A stretch of 37,360 bases of DNA, taken from contig NC_068987.1 of assembly GCF_001194135.2 (NCBI RefSeq), positions 34,309,495-34,346,854 on the forward strand, read 5' to 3'. The notes below the pieces were generated by a model that worked only from the letters and a program-made list of their open reading frames with translations, ran no database searches and was not told where the DNA came from. The position numbers were made by a program, and so were the translations under genes. This DNA comes from Octopus bimaculoides (Eukaryota). This document shows positions 22,891 through 34,696 of the stretch, one piece after another (the stretch's first letter is position 1; every line of letters starts with the position of its first letter).

Positions 22891-24901
22891 AGAGCTGTTT
22901 ATATATAGATCTTCCAATAATTTCTCTGTATTTTTTAAACAGTAACATATAATTGCGATGTTCTTACTTTCTACATTAATGGGGATGCTGACAGTGAAGT
23001 TGTAAGCCCAGAAAATTTACATTTTCTTTAGCCTCCTTAAAAATACACTGAGCCAAGCAGATTTTATTATCCATAATTATAGCACCTCATATTTTCCGTC
23101 AAAAGTATTCAAACTTTCGTACGAGTGAACCACAAATTTTCTGTTGCTGTCCATCTAAAAATATCTTAAAACGAACAGTAGCCAATAGATCTATAAATAT
23201 TTCTATTTCGTCTATAAGTTTATAGAAAATTGCTGAATAATATTGGAAAATGTTAGAAACGAACACAGGAGAACACACTTCCTCTTATATGTAGCGTATA
23301 CATTTTTTGTTTATTCTAGTAATTTAGATTTCTAGCAACACATATACGGGGAAATATATTACAGTCGTGAAGGTTTTCACGTCTAATTCAGAGAACCGTC
23401 AACAACGTCTATATTTTCCATGAGTTTGTAGGTAGGATGAGAACATTGCATATCTATATTCACTTCTATGCTGAGTAAGTTCTTTAAGTATGTTCATTAA
23501 TTTACCGACGTGATATCGCCAATGCTTGACAAAATATTTGCAGTCAAAACAGTCACAAATCAGATAAAGGTATCTTTGACATTTAAGAGTTTCTAGAATA
23601 ACACTGGCAGACTACCAAATGAGAATAAACGTTAGCCGTCGCAAATAGGCAATAATATGACGGATCCTCGTAGCACAAATGGCAATCACAACTATGTGAG
23701 TCGACTTGAATTCATTAAGCGTCCAAGCTGATCGGAGGGCATTGAAACCTATCCAGCATGCAGGGATTACATACATGTACTTCGGAGAAAAAGAAAGAGA
23801 AAACTAATGATGAATGCTTTGTCCTCTTGACCCTCGAAGAAGTCGGATAATATAAACTTATTTGTGTTTTGAATGATTTTTTTTAATCGTTTGCTTTTCT
23901 AACAAGCCAACGTTAAATATAAAGTTTCCATTTAATTCTCTCTGTACAGGTTAATCCATCTGTATCCATATTCGGCTTTGAAGAGTGTTGGAGAGGAGTT
24001 CCTGAAAGCGACCCCATTCGTAGCAATGACGTTGTTATTTGTAACCTTCTCCGTTAATCCGACTTTGCAGTTTCGTACCATGGTGAAGTTTTCATGTCCT
24101 GCTTTTGCTGTTGTTGCTCTCGTCATTGTGTTTTATCCTTTGTGATTTAGAATGTGATAGTGTTTGAAATTTTCGTTTATCTTTTAGGTTTTGTTATTCA
24201 TACATTTGTATGTGTATTTGAGATAGTGGTGGTTCATTGTCCATATTGTGCACTTGAGGAGAAGCTTATCGTCCCTTTTAATGCGATGGCTTTCAGATTT
24301 GTGCTTTTATTTATCTGCTGCAGAGTTTGCAGTGGAACGTGTAGCCATTTTTTTCATTTCCGTTGTACACCAATCTAAGTTTTTCTTTTCTTTTATTTCA
24401 CGCAGTGGAAAGTCGTGCTTTTTTTTTCTTTAGCAATTTGTATTTTTTACGCTGCATCTAATTTATCATGAACTTGTTTCTATTTGGAACAGTAATAGAA
24501 GTAACTGCAACATATGCAGAGCAGGGGGATATTGATGAGTGTTGTGGTGGTGACAGTGGAGTCGATGTGAAGAATTTTTCTGTACCATCTTCGGTAGAGA
24601 AAGAAAATCTCCATCGGAAATAAATGTTTGATTGGTCATTTCGTTGTTTTTCTGGTCGGACTTGACATCAATTTTTTTTTTGTTGATATTCTAACTCTTT
24701 TAAGTAGTCTTCCTTTTCTCCTTCACTGTGGGTTGTTGTCTCAGACATCGGTGTTGGAGTTCACATTTCTGTCGGTGTTGTTATGTCGTTGATGGATTTT
24801 CTTGTAACACAATATTTTTAAAGGAATATTTGTCCAACAAAAAGCAAATATTACGTTGGACGTATCCCGCGGTGAAAGAGGCTTTACTTAAAATGATAAA
24901 A

Positions 24902-24918
24902 GCAACAACAACAACGAC

Positions 24919-24993
<75 letters not shown>

Positions 24994-25028
24994 ATTAATA
25001 ATAATAATGATATTAAGAACTATAATAT
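24902..25028 (+). repeat. (ACA)n-(ATA)n array
   Basis: Read directly. Confidence 0.96.
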
Positions 25029-25401
25029 AAAACTGAATAATGAAACTGAAATTCCATAATGAAAGAAATTTAAAATTAATGCTCATGGGAACTGCTCATA
25101 TCTCAGGTAAAATATTGTGCATGTAATCCCCGAAACATTCTAATCAGTAAACAACGTCAGAATACTTTTAAATGTACATAATAGCAACCACCTTTTACTG
25201 TCATCTTAACAACAACCTATCATCTTATAATCAAATTACATTTAACAGAAAATTTTAATTTTCTTACCTTTTAACAAACATTATCTAGAACAATAGTTTG
25301 TGCAAAAATTATGGCACACTAGTCATAACGCCAACTTGAACTTGTCCCTTCATGTTTCCGGGTGAAACTTGGAGTGAATGCAAAACAAAAGTTAAAATAA
25401 A

Positions 25402-25462
25402 AATAACAATAACAATAATAATAATAATAATAATAATAATGATGATGATGATGATGATAACA
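25402..25462 (+). repeat. (AAC/AAT)n-(GAT)n array preceding E8
   Basis: Read directly. Confidence 0.93.
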
Positions 25463-26175
25463 ATATGAGATTGAAACTATAGACCACCTAATCTAAGGGT
25501 GTAGTCTTAGCACCTGTTGAATATAAAGCAAGACATGACTGAGTCAGCCAGTATTTACACTGGACAATATGTCGGCATTATAATATCAAAACCGCTGACA
25601 ATTGGTGTAGACACCACCCTGAAGCTGTGACAAAGAGAGAAACTATGTGGATTCTCTGGGACTACCGACAAAACTATAAAAGCTAATAAACCGGATATTA
25701 TTATAAAAATTCAGACAAAAAAGATGTTTATTAATCGAAATGAGTATTCCTTGCGATCACAATATAGCAGCGAAAAATTTGAAAAGCTCAGGATATTATA
25801 AGGACTTGCTAATAGAAATTGAAAAAATATGGCATCTCGAGGCGACTACCGTACCAGTGATTGTAGGATCTCTAGGAATGATTAAAAAATGTACTGAAAC
25901 CTATTTGAAAATGATACCAGGCCTACCATCCCTACAGGAAGTGTAAAATTTCTTGTTAACTAGAACGATTCATGAACTGAGAAGAGCGTTATCACTGTAG
26001 AAACAACATTCATTCATGAATTTATTTATTTGTTAATTTTTACATACACATTTTACCTGTGAATTTGCGTGTGTAAACTGGGAATGCATACAATCCGCTT
26101 CTCTTTTTTCCTAGGTTTATAGAAAACGCTCGGCGAGAAATAGAAGAAAATTTGAAGAAAGAAGAAAAAAAAAAC
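25463..26175 (+). mobile_element. E8: 5'-truncated R4/Dong-like fragment (end of CCHC, RLE, 3'UTR)
   Basis: ETIDHLI*GC..EYKARHD..QYLHWTICRHY..WCRHHPE..ILWD..KPDIII; ORF 25740..25946 IPCDHN..YKDLLIEIEKIW..VPVIVGSLG..IPGLPSLQEV; followed by (TAA)n at ~26176-26258. Confidence 0.9.
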
Positions 26176-26190
26176 ATAATTATAATAATG

Positions 26191-26260
<70 letters not shown>

Positions 26261-26331
26261 ATTCGAACATTCAGAAAAATACACAATCAAAACACACGCG
26301 CGCACACACACACACATATATATATATATGT

Positions 26332-26367
<36 letters not shown>
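26176..26367 (+). repeat. (TAA)n array followed by (CA)(TA)(TG) compound microsatellite
   Basis: Read directly. Confidence 0.95.
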
Positions 26368-26369
<2 letters not shown>

Positions 26370-27940
26370 CATACAGGAGATAGCAATAGTTGGCACTGAA
26401 TACGCCCTACGTTTGTCTACAGACAAACTACAGCATATGCCCAATGCTCGCAATGCTGTGAATATAAGTAGGAATAATATTCCCAAATTAGAAGAGACCA
26501 GAACCGGACAGGGTCCAAATGTATTGGATGAAGAGGCTGAGAGGACTCCATGAAAGTACAGCACAAAAGCTAGATGAGGGCTTGCAGAAAGGCGCAGAAC
26601 CCTACTGGATGACAAAGGGAAATACATTATGTTCCAATGATCCTGAAAAGGGAAATGTTGTATCCAACTTTAGACCAATAACATGACTTCTGCTAATGTA
26701 GACAGTAATATCACGTGATGTAGGTGGTGAACTGTATATATATACATGGGAAAAGTGTGCTGCTACCTATTGAACACACAGAATTCCGTAAAACGTGCCG
26801 AGGAACGAAGGATTGGCTCTTAATTGATAATCTGATTATAAGGAACCGTAAGAGAAGACATACAAACTTGTGCATGGCATGGGTTGACTATTGCAAAATA
26901 CACGATATGATACCACATCTATGGATAAACAGAACAATGGAAATGTATGCAGTAGCAAGAATATGAGAAGCCTTATACGTTATAGCATGAAATAATGGAG
27001 AACGGAATTGAAAGCAGTGAAGCATGTACATGGAGAGGTGAAAAACAAGAGAGGAATCTTACAGTGGGACAGTGTGCCCCAACTCTTACTCGTGCTGGGA
27101 ATGATCCCCTTGAATGAAATACTACAGAAGTTGGGGTATGATCTGGGAAGAGGTAGGAGTAAGCTAAACGACTTGTTATTCATGGAGACCAAAAGCTCTT
27201 CCCAAAATGTAAAGCGGAACGAGACAGCCTAGTTCATTCTGTGCGGATTTTATCCAATGATATTAAGATGGAGTTTGGACTCTCAAAATGTGCTACAATG
27301 GTGATGAGATGAGGAAAGTTTGCAAGTACAGAAGGCTTAAGTTTGACAAGTGGTGAAATGACGGAAGCAATTCAACTTCAGTCCAGCTATAACTACCAAT
27401 ATGAAGTAACAGAGAAATGATATGAGCATGTACCAAGTATATTTAGTCTGGAGGAGGGAAAAGTAACGATACTCTGGGACTATAATTTTCAGACCGATCG
27501 TGTAATCGACCACCATCGACCGAATATTATCATATTGAATACGACACACACATACTGTCAGATCATTGATATAGCCATATCAAATGACATGTAAGTAAAG
27601 AAGATGAAAATATCACCAAATACTACGAAATAAAAGAGAAATGCCAAGACTATATGGAATGCGAGTGGGTAATGTAAAGTGATAACAGTGGTGATCGAAG
27701 TGCTGGGCTCAATCCCATTGACACTCTAAGACTTCTTAAGGCAACTGGAAATCCCATGTAGGATTGATGTCTTGCAAAAGCAGCCTTATTGGGCACAGCG
27801 CACATTTTAAGGAAAGTATTATCTGTCTGAGATACTTTATGTGACTTAACAGATGGTTAAAGCGCCGGTGCAATTTTACCTACACTGTTTCATTTTACGC
27901 ACACTGCGTCAGAGGATGTGCAAAAAACAATAAATAATAA
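26368..27940 (+). mobile_element. E9: R4/Dong-like fragment with large internal deletion (RT joined to RLE), preceded by a ~50 bp ORF-end relic
   Basis: IQEIAIVGTEYALR (ORF-end motif, 26368-26415), then P--VQMYWMKRL, NFRPIT, KTCRGTKDWLLID, AWVDY..MIPHLWI, RGILQWDS, LNDLLFM. Abrupt jump at ~27410 to YEHVP..TILWDYNFQTDRVIDHHRPNIII..IIDIAI, then LQKAALLGTAHILRKVLSV* and 3'UTR. Confidence 0.9.
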
Positions 27941-28157
27941 TTGATTGCTTCCTATCTCAGGTAACAGAAACCACAATATGGCAGAAATTTAAAAGGTAGT
28001 GCTCAGTAGAATTGCCAATACACTACGTAAAATATTGTCTATGTAATCTCGAATTTTAAAACAAACTCATAAATTTCTTAAACATTTTCTAGAATAATAC
28101 TATGTACAAAACCAAATATATGACACCCTAGGCGTAACACCAGCATGAACTTCTAAC

Positions 28158-28960
28158 TTGCTGTCTCATGAGTGGTTTATTAAACTTCACTCAATCTCAA
28201 AGGAGGTATATAAATACAAACGAGTGCATAACCTGTCTCATTATGATGACGATAAGGGGGACACATCACCCACAAGGCAGGAAAGAAATGTAAGACAAAA
28301 GCCAAAGCGGAAAGCATGGAGGAAATATCGAGTCTATGGTGTATTGCCCATTGTATGGGTAATACACCAAAGAGCTGGGAAAGCTGATGCAAATATAACA
28401 AGAACCCATCGGTGGCTGCAGAGTGTTTGTTCGATAGCCGAAGCAGACAGTTTGATACTTGCAGCAGAAGACAAAAGTCTCCTCACCCGGAACTATCAAG
28501 ATAATGCCACACACAATTCAGTAGTCATAAAATGTAGACTGTGCAATGACACACTCTTGAGTATTGACCACATTGTTGCCGGTTGCTCAGTCTTTGCTCC
28601 TACAGAATATGAAAACAAGCATGATGGATTTAGCCAGTACTTACACTGGAACGTAAGCGGTCACTATGATATTGCGCACCCTAAGAACTGGGAAGAACAT
28701 CATCCACAGCCAGTCACTGAGGGGGAGAATTTTACCATCCTATCGGATTATGAAATGCAAACATATGAAAGACAAATAGCCAAATAAATGCTAATAGACC
28801 AAACGTCGTAATAAAAGACTAAAACAAAAAAAAACATTCCTGTTGATTGATAGGACAGTACTTTCTGATACAAATAACTCCACAAAGAATTTGAGAAACT
28901 GTAGAAATATAAAGACCTTGAGATTCAGACATCTAGGACGTGGCAGTTGGGATACTTATT
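28158..28960 (+). mobile_element. E10: R4/Dong-like CCHC + RLE fragment, truncated at both ends
   Basis: ORF 28158..28787 gives THRWLQ..ILAAED..KCRLC..IDHIVAGC..QYLHW..WEEHHPQPV; KYKDLEIQ downstream. Confidence 0.9.
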
Positions 28961-28989
28961 GATTAGACCAAATATATTTTCATGAAACA

Positions 28990-30985
28990 CATTTCTCTGT
29001 AGTATATTGATCCATTGCTCACAAGTAAAAGGATTGTAGAGTCATGCCAGAGCACAAAGAAGAAACTGAGAGTGGCATGGGTAGACTGCAGGCAAGCGTT
29101 TGATAATGTCCTACATATCTGGCTACTCAAAGCCCTTGAATTATATAAAATTTCTCCTGTGGTCTCTACAGTCTGACAAGGTAAACAAGCCAAGTGGAAT
29201 ACACATCCCCTTCCACACAATAGTAATGCGATAAGCCAATCTAACAACATCAGCATAAAGCGAGACATCTTTCAAGGTGAATCCCTCTCCACATTACTCA
29301 TTTGCATGGAACTGATCTCACTCTCAAACAAATTGAGTAACGCCATATATGGGTTCAAAAGTGTATAATATCATAGTAAAATATCTGTTTAATATTGACG
29401 ATCTGAAGTTGTTTACTAGAAATGAAGACTAGCTAGATGTGGGGTTAACAACAGTTAAATTGCTCAGCTAAGTCATCGGGATGGATTCTGGCCTTGATAA
29501 ATGTACTAAAGAACTTTTTGTGAGAAGCAAACAGGTTCTATTAAATTAGACACCGAAACTACCATCAAGGAGCTGATCCTCAGGAAAGCTATTAAAACCT
29601 GGGAATAAACGAAGAAGATTTTATACAATATGCTACTATGAAGGAAAAAATGAGAACAAGACTCATACTAAAAACTGAACTCAGCTCAAATAATCGCATC
29701 ATGGCTATTAACATCTTGACACTTCCAGTAATCCAAAATATTTAAAACATCATTTACTGGAATCTGACAGAGCTCCAACGCCTGGAAAGGCAGACAAGTC
29801 AACTACTAACATCTAAGAACCTGCTCCACCCAAAATACAGACGATGATCATCTGTACCTACCTAGAAGTAATGGTGAAGAGGAATGATGCAGGTAGAAAT
29901 ATGCTATAAGATCCCCACAATACCTATCAATAAGTATTTATGTAGTACATAGAACTGGATGCTGCTGCTTGTTTGCAAACACGAAGCAGCAAAAAAAAAA
30001 TCACATTCTATTGTCAAGGGAACTCGGCATTAACCTTGAATTAGATGAAGAACCTGAAACAATTTCCACCAAACAAACAAAAGGAATCATGCAGACTTCA
30101 AAAATGAGTGGGCAAAATCAAAGTAAGGAGCGTTGGAATAAGAAGCCTCAACATGGACACTATATACTTCGAAGCCGATATGCTCAGAAGCTCAGGACTG
30201 AAGGCAGAGATTAAAGATTTCACATTGGCGGCGCAATATCAAATGTTTCTTTTTGAATACTACCAGGCTAACGTCCTTCAAATGTTTTCTGACCCTAAAT
30301 GCAGATTATGCGATAAATTTGGTGAAAATATAGATCATCTCGTCTTCGGATGCCTTGTGCTGAGACCAAACGAAGGCAAAACTCACCACGTTGGGGTCGG
30401 ATACTATTTACATTGGAAAATACGTAAACACTCCGAAATCAGCAGTCCTGCTTATTGGTATGAACATCATCCTGAGCCAGTCGTTGAAAGTATAAATGTC
30501 ACAATTTTCCGAGATGTTCATGTCAACACTGACAGAATGATCCAGGCTAATCGACGTCATTAAAGACGACGAAAACAATACTTGTAGACTTATAAATGTG
30601 TTTCCACTGATAAAAATATATCTGTAAAGGAATTTGACAAATTAAGGAAATATAAGGACCTGGAAAATGAAATACGAGAACTGTTTCTGTTATTTTGGGT
30701 GCCCTAGGTATAATAAGGAAGGGATGTCAGAAACATCTATATGACGTTCCAGGCCAACCGTATCTCTGAGAAATCCAAAGCATTGCCCTGACAATTACTC
30801 CCCACATATCGAAAATATGCATTTATATGTCTATGTTGTATTAGATGAAAATATCTGGCTATTGCCCCTGCCAGTTCCCCACCCCAAGCTTTCAGTCATG
30901 CTGTACCATCTCCTGTCGTACAATAGCCCTGGGACGCATGGTGTGTCTCGGCAAGTGATTGTAACAAACCTGTAGATTAAAAGTA

Positions 30986-30988
<3 letters not shown>
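28990..30988 (+). mobile_element. E11: second copy of family B (RT to 3'UTR), 5'-truncated
   Basis: AWVDCRQAFDNV, IFQGESLS, LFNIDDLKL, intact CCHC KCRLC..DHLVFGC, WYEHHPEPV (ORF 30108..30563). The terminus ggcaagtgattgtaacaaacctgtagattaaaagtaaat matches the E5 terminus ggcaagtgattgtaacaaatatgcagattcaaagtaaat. Confidence 0.93.
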
Positions 30989-31084
<96 letters not shown>

Positions 31085-31103
31085 AATAATAATAATAATA
31101 ATA
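30986..31103 (+). repeat. (AAT)n-(GAT)n-(AAT)n compound array, tail of E11
   Basis: Read directly. Confidence 0.97.
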
Positions 31104-31184
31104 ACCGATGTAACAATCAAAGACTCTTCACCTTTGTTATTTTTTATAGCCTATTTCCTACTTTCTGTAGTCCTACACAAAGTA

Positions 31185-32440
31185 AACGCGCACTATGAGC
31201 TGAGACAGAATGGACCTCATGTCAGGTACCTTCTCCTTATGAATGATTTAAGTTTATTCGCAGTAACAGAACATGAAGTAGAGAGGCTGGTCGAGAATCT
31301 GAAGATATGCAGCAAGGATCCAAGGGTGGAACTTGGTATCTCGAAGTGTGTGGTGCTCACTTTGAAATGGAAGAAAAGAGCAGATTGTAAGGACATAGAA
31401 TTACCAAACGGAGAGAGTGTAGAAGAACCGGATGAAGATGGGTACAAGTAACTTGCTCAGAGAAATGAAAGACAAGTCCATCATAGCATATTTGAATTGC
31501 CTATAACGCCCTTTGAAATTAAAACTGAACTCAAGGAAACTTGTGAATGCCATCAACATATGTGCTGTTACTGTACTCCGCTATCGCGCATCCATCCTGG
31601 AATGGACACAAGCAGAGATTAACGAACACGATCGCACTAAGCGAATTACAATGACCCTCCATGGTGACCTACACCATAAGGCAAAGGTACCCAGGCTATG
31701 CATGAAGAGGTGTAAAGGTGGATGTTGGCTGATTAGTGTACGGGAGTGCATCAACAATGAAAGAAATATGACGGCAGAATATTTGATAAACAGTAAATAG
31801 GACCTGCAACAGTATGCTGATAATGCAGAAGTATTTACCAGAAATAGACTTGAGAGTGCTTATGAATTCCGATTACGAATAGCCAACGAGAGAGGAGAAA
31901 CCCTAACCGCATGGAATTACATGGTCAGTTCCATCGCGAAACTAACAGCATAAAAGACAAGGAAACATCATGAAGGTCGCTCAGCAAGGATAACATAAAA
32001 AAAAGAAGAATGAAAGCCTAATCATCGCTGCCCATGATCAGGCATTGAATACTATCTCAGTGGAAAGGGATATATACGACACAAGTAGAACGAACCTCTG
32101 CAGAATGTGTGGGAAGAGGGTCGAAAGCGTGACGAAGAAAGAGTACAAGCGCAAACACGAGAAGACAGCAGCAAGCATTCACTGGTTCCTATGTCGGAAG
32201 TATGGATACAAGGTAACGGTCACGTGATGCCAACATACAGCGGAGAAAGTAATGAACGAAAAGGGTAAGGCTAACATCCTTTGGTATTTTGACTCTCAGA
32301 CAGACACATTGTTAGAGCAACAAAGGCTTGACATAGTAACCTCTAGGAAGGAGAAACAAGCGTGCTTAATAATCCACGTGGCAGTGCCAAGAGACCAACA
32401 TATCAGGAAGGAATAAGAAAAGGTTGATAGATATGGAGAC
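31185..32440 (+). mobile_element. E12: decayed R4/Dong-like fragment (RT C-terminus to RLE)
   Basis: YLLLMNDLSLF..LGISKC (31032..31451), LNSRKLVNAINICAVTVLRY..LHHKAKVPRL..GG (31513..31800), AAHDQALN, CRMCGKRVESV..IHWFLCRKYG (32045..32227), ILWYFDSQTD..LDIV. Confidence 0.88.
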
Positions 32441-32494
32441 AACCATTGTTCTCGTAGCTGTCACATCTTCGTGATTTAAATTCATCATATAACC

Positions 32495-33650
32495 TCCATA
32501 TGAGACTACATTCTTGCATTATGGAGTGTATGAATCTGTTTGACACTGCATCGAATGATGAGCGATTGCTTGAAACAAGTATGGCCAATTGGAGGACGGA
32601 CCTGACAGCATACGGAAGAAGTTTAGGGATAGTAGAAATTAGGAGTGGCATCTTCCAAGGGGATTGCCTGTCCCCACTGATCTTTGTACTGTGCCTGATA
32701 ATACTAACACTGATTCTGAGGAAAGCAAAAGCTGGGTAGGTATTCAAAAGCCACCAACAAAAAGTCAACCATTTGTTATTCATGGATGACCTCAAACTTT
32801 ATGGTAATGATGAAGCCCGTGTCAGTTCCCGCGTTGATACGGTGTATACCTTCAATGCTTATGTCAGATTCATGTTCGGACTGAGAAAGTGTGGTATGTT
32901 AGTCTTGAAGAAAGGCAAAATCAAATGTATGGACAGGCTATCGATACCGTTGGGGGTGGGGAGGTTATGAAGCAGATAGATAAAATGGGCTATAAGTCCT
33001 TGGGGACCTTGGAAATGGATAAATTGATGCAGAAAGAAATGACAGAATAATTTAAAGTGGAGTACTTGCGCAGACTGAGGCAGATCCTGAAGTGGAAATT
33101 AAACGGACGGAATAAGATCGAAGTTATCAACACCTCGGCGGCTTCACACCTAAGACATGGAGCATTAGTAATCGCATGGACAATAGACGAACTGAACAGC
33201 TTAGGCAGAAAGACAAGGATGTTGCTAACAAGATATAGGTCACTCCACCCAAAAAGTGACACAGACAGACTGTATGTACTAAGAAAAAGAGGGGGAAGAG
33301 GACTAATCGGATGCGAGCACAGCATTAGAGCAGAAGAAAACAACATACCATGGTATGTAAAAGATCCACACAACCGCTATTACTAGAAGTAGATCAGGCT
33401 TGTGTAGGATGAAGGATTGCAAAGATAAAGCACTATACAAGATACTGAAAACGAATGAAACTGAAAATAGGTGGGTAAAGAAAAGGATGCATTGCCAGTT
33501 TCATAGAAATGTTGAAGATAAGACGGAGTAAAAAACAAGATGGTTGTGGATGACTAAAATTGCTTTAAAACCGGAAACGGAGGCTCTAATCTGTGGTGCC
33601 CCAGAGCAAGCACTAAAGACAAACTACATAAAATACAGAATAGACACACC
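32495..33650 (+). mobile_element. E13: third copy of family A (RT region), truncated at both ends
   Basis: GIFQGDCLSPLIFVLCL, LLFMDDLKLYGNDEA, EYLRRLRQILKWKLNGRNKIEVIN..LHPKSDTDRLYVLRKRGGRGLIG. Clearly similar to E2 at DNA level (e.g. shared ccccactgatctttgtact..tgata..gaggaaagcaaa). Confidence 0.93.
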
Positions 33651-34479
33651 CGCCTGTTCATGCGGCAATATTACCAAAACAACTGCATCGTGAGAAAATA
33701 ATTGAAACCGTGTATCTAAATAATACGGCCATACACATAAAGCGAATCCAGTCGTATGCTTAATAATTGATTATATAATTCCAGAAGTAACAGTCACGGG
33801 AATGATAGCCGTAGTATAAACTGTATTTTGGAAATACACCCACCCACACACACATGCACACACACACATACACACTCACATGTATATACAAACATTCGTA
33901 TTAGATATATAGATATATTTTGTTAAATATGTACTACACTCTTCAACATGTATTGAGTTCAATTTTAAACATTTTTGTTTATTCAACGTATGCACATAAT
34001 ATAAAAACGAAAAAAAAAATTTCATGCACACTTGCACACTCACTTGTATATGTATATACGTGAATAAGTATCCGTTGTGTGCTTTATGAATAGACATGCA
34101 CACACATAATTATTAAGCACCATTTGCACAATATATTTTCTCGTGTTACTTATAATGATCATTAAATTCAAAATTATTCATCTAATTAGAATATCTAATT
34201 TGAATTTCAAGTGAAACCATGTTCACACTATTCATATCTTTTTGATTTACATTCCTCGTAATTTAATACCCAATAATTAAATAATTTCTAATTTACATAT
34301 TGGAAATACTTTCTTAGATTTACCGCTGCTAATTCACGCAAGGGCACGATACACCGAGTTGATGGAAGAATCATGTAATTGATTGCATCTCACTCGTTTT
34401 CTTCACTCTCGCACACTTTTTCAAATCCTCCTTCGTCTCTCAAAATGAGTGCAAATAAATACATACGTGCGCACACGCC

Positions 34480-34519
<40 letters not shown>

Positions 34520-34696
34520 TATATGTGGGGGGGTGTATGTATGTATGGAAGGGTGCGATGGGTTGGGTGTATAAAGCTGGATTTGAACTAAAAGAAAATG
34601 TTTGATGGAAGAAGTCCTTGTGAAAGAGAAGAAGCAGTTTCTGTAGAGAATTTTAGTTTTACTGCTATCGGCGCCAAAGAAATGAATGGAAAATTT

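Noticed and set aside
5035-33373. Antisense ORFs such as 5035..5382, 8231..8494, 13751..14050, 28963..29268, 32403..32795, 32990..33373
   Set aside because: Opposite-strand shadows of RLE retroelement coding sequence.
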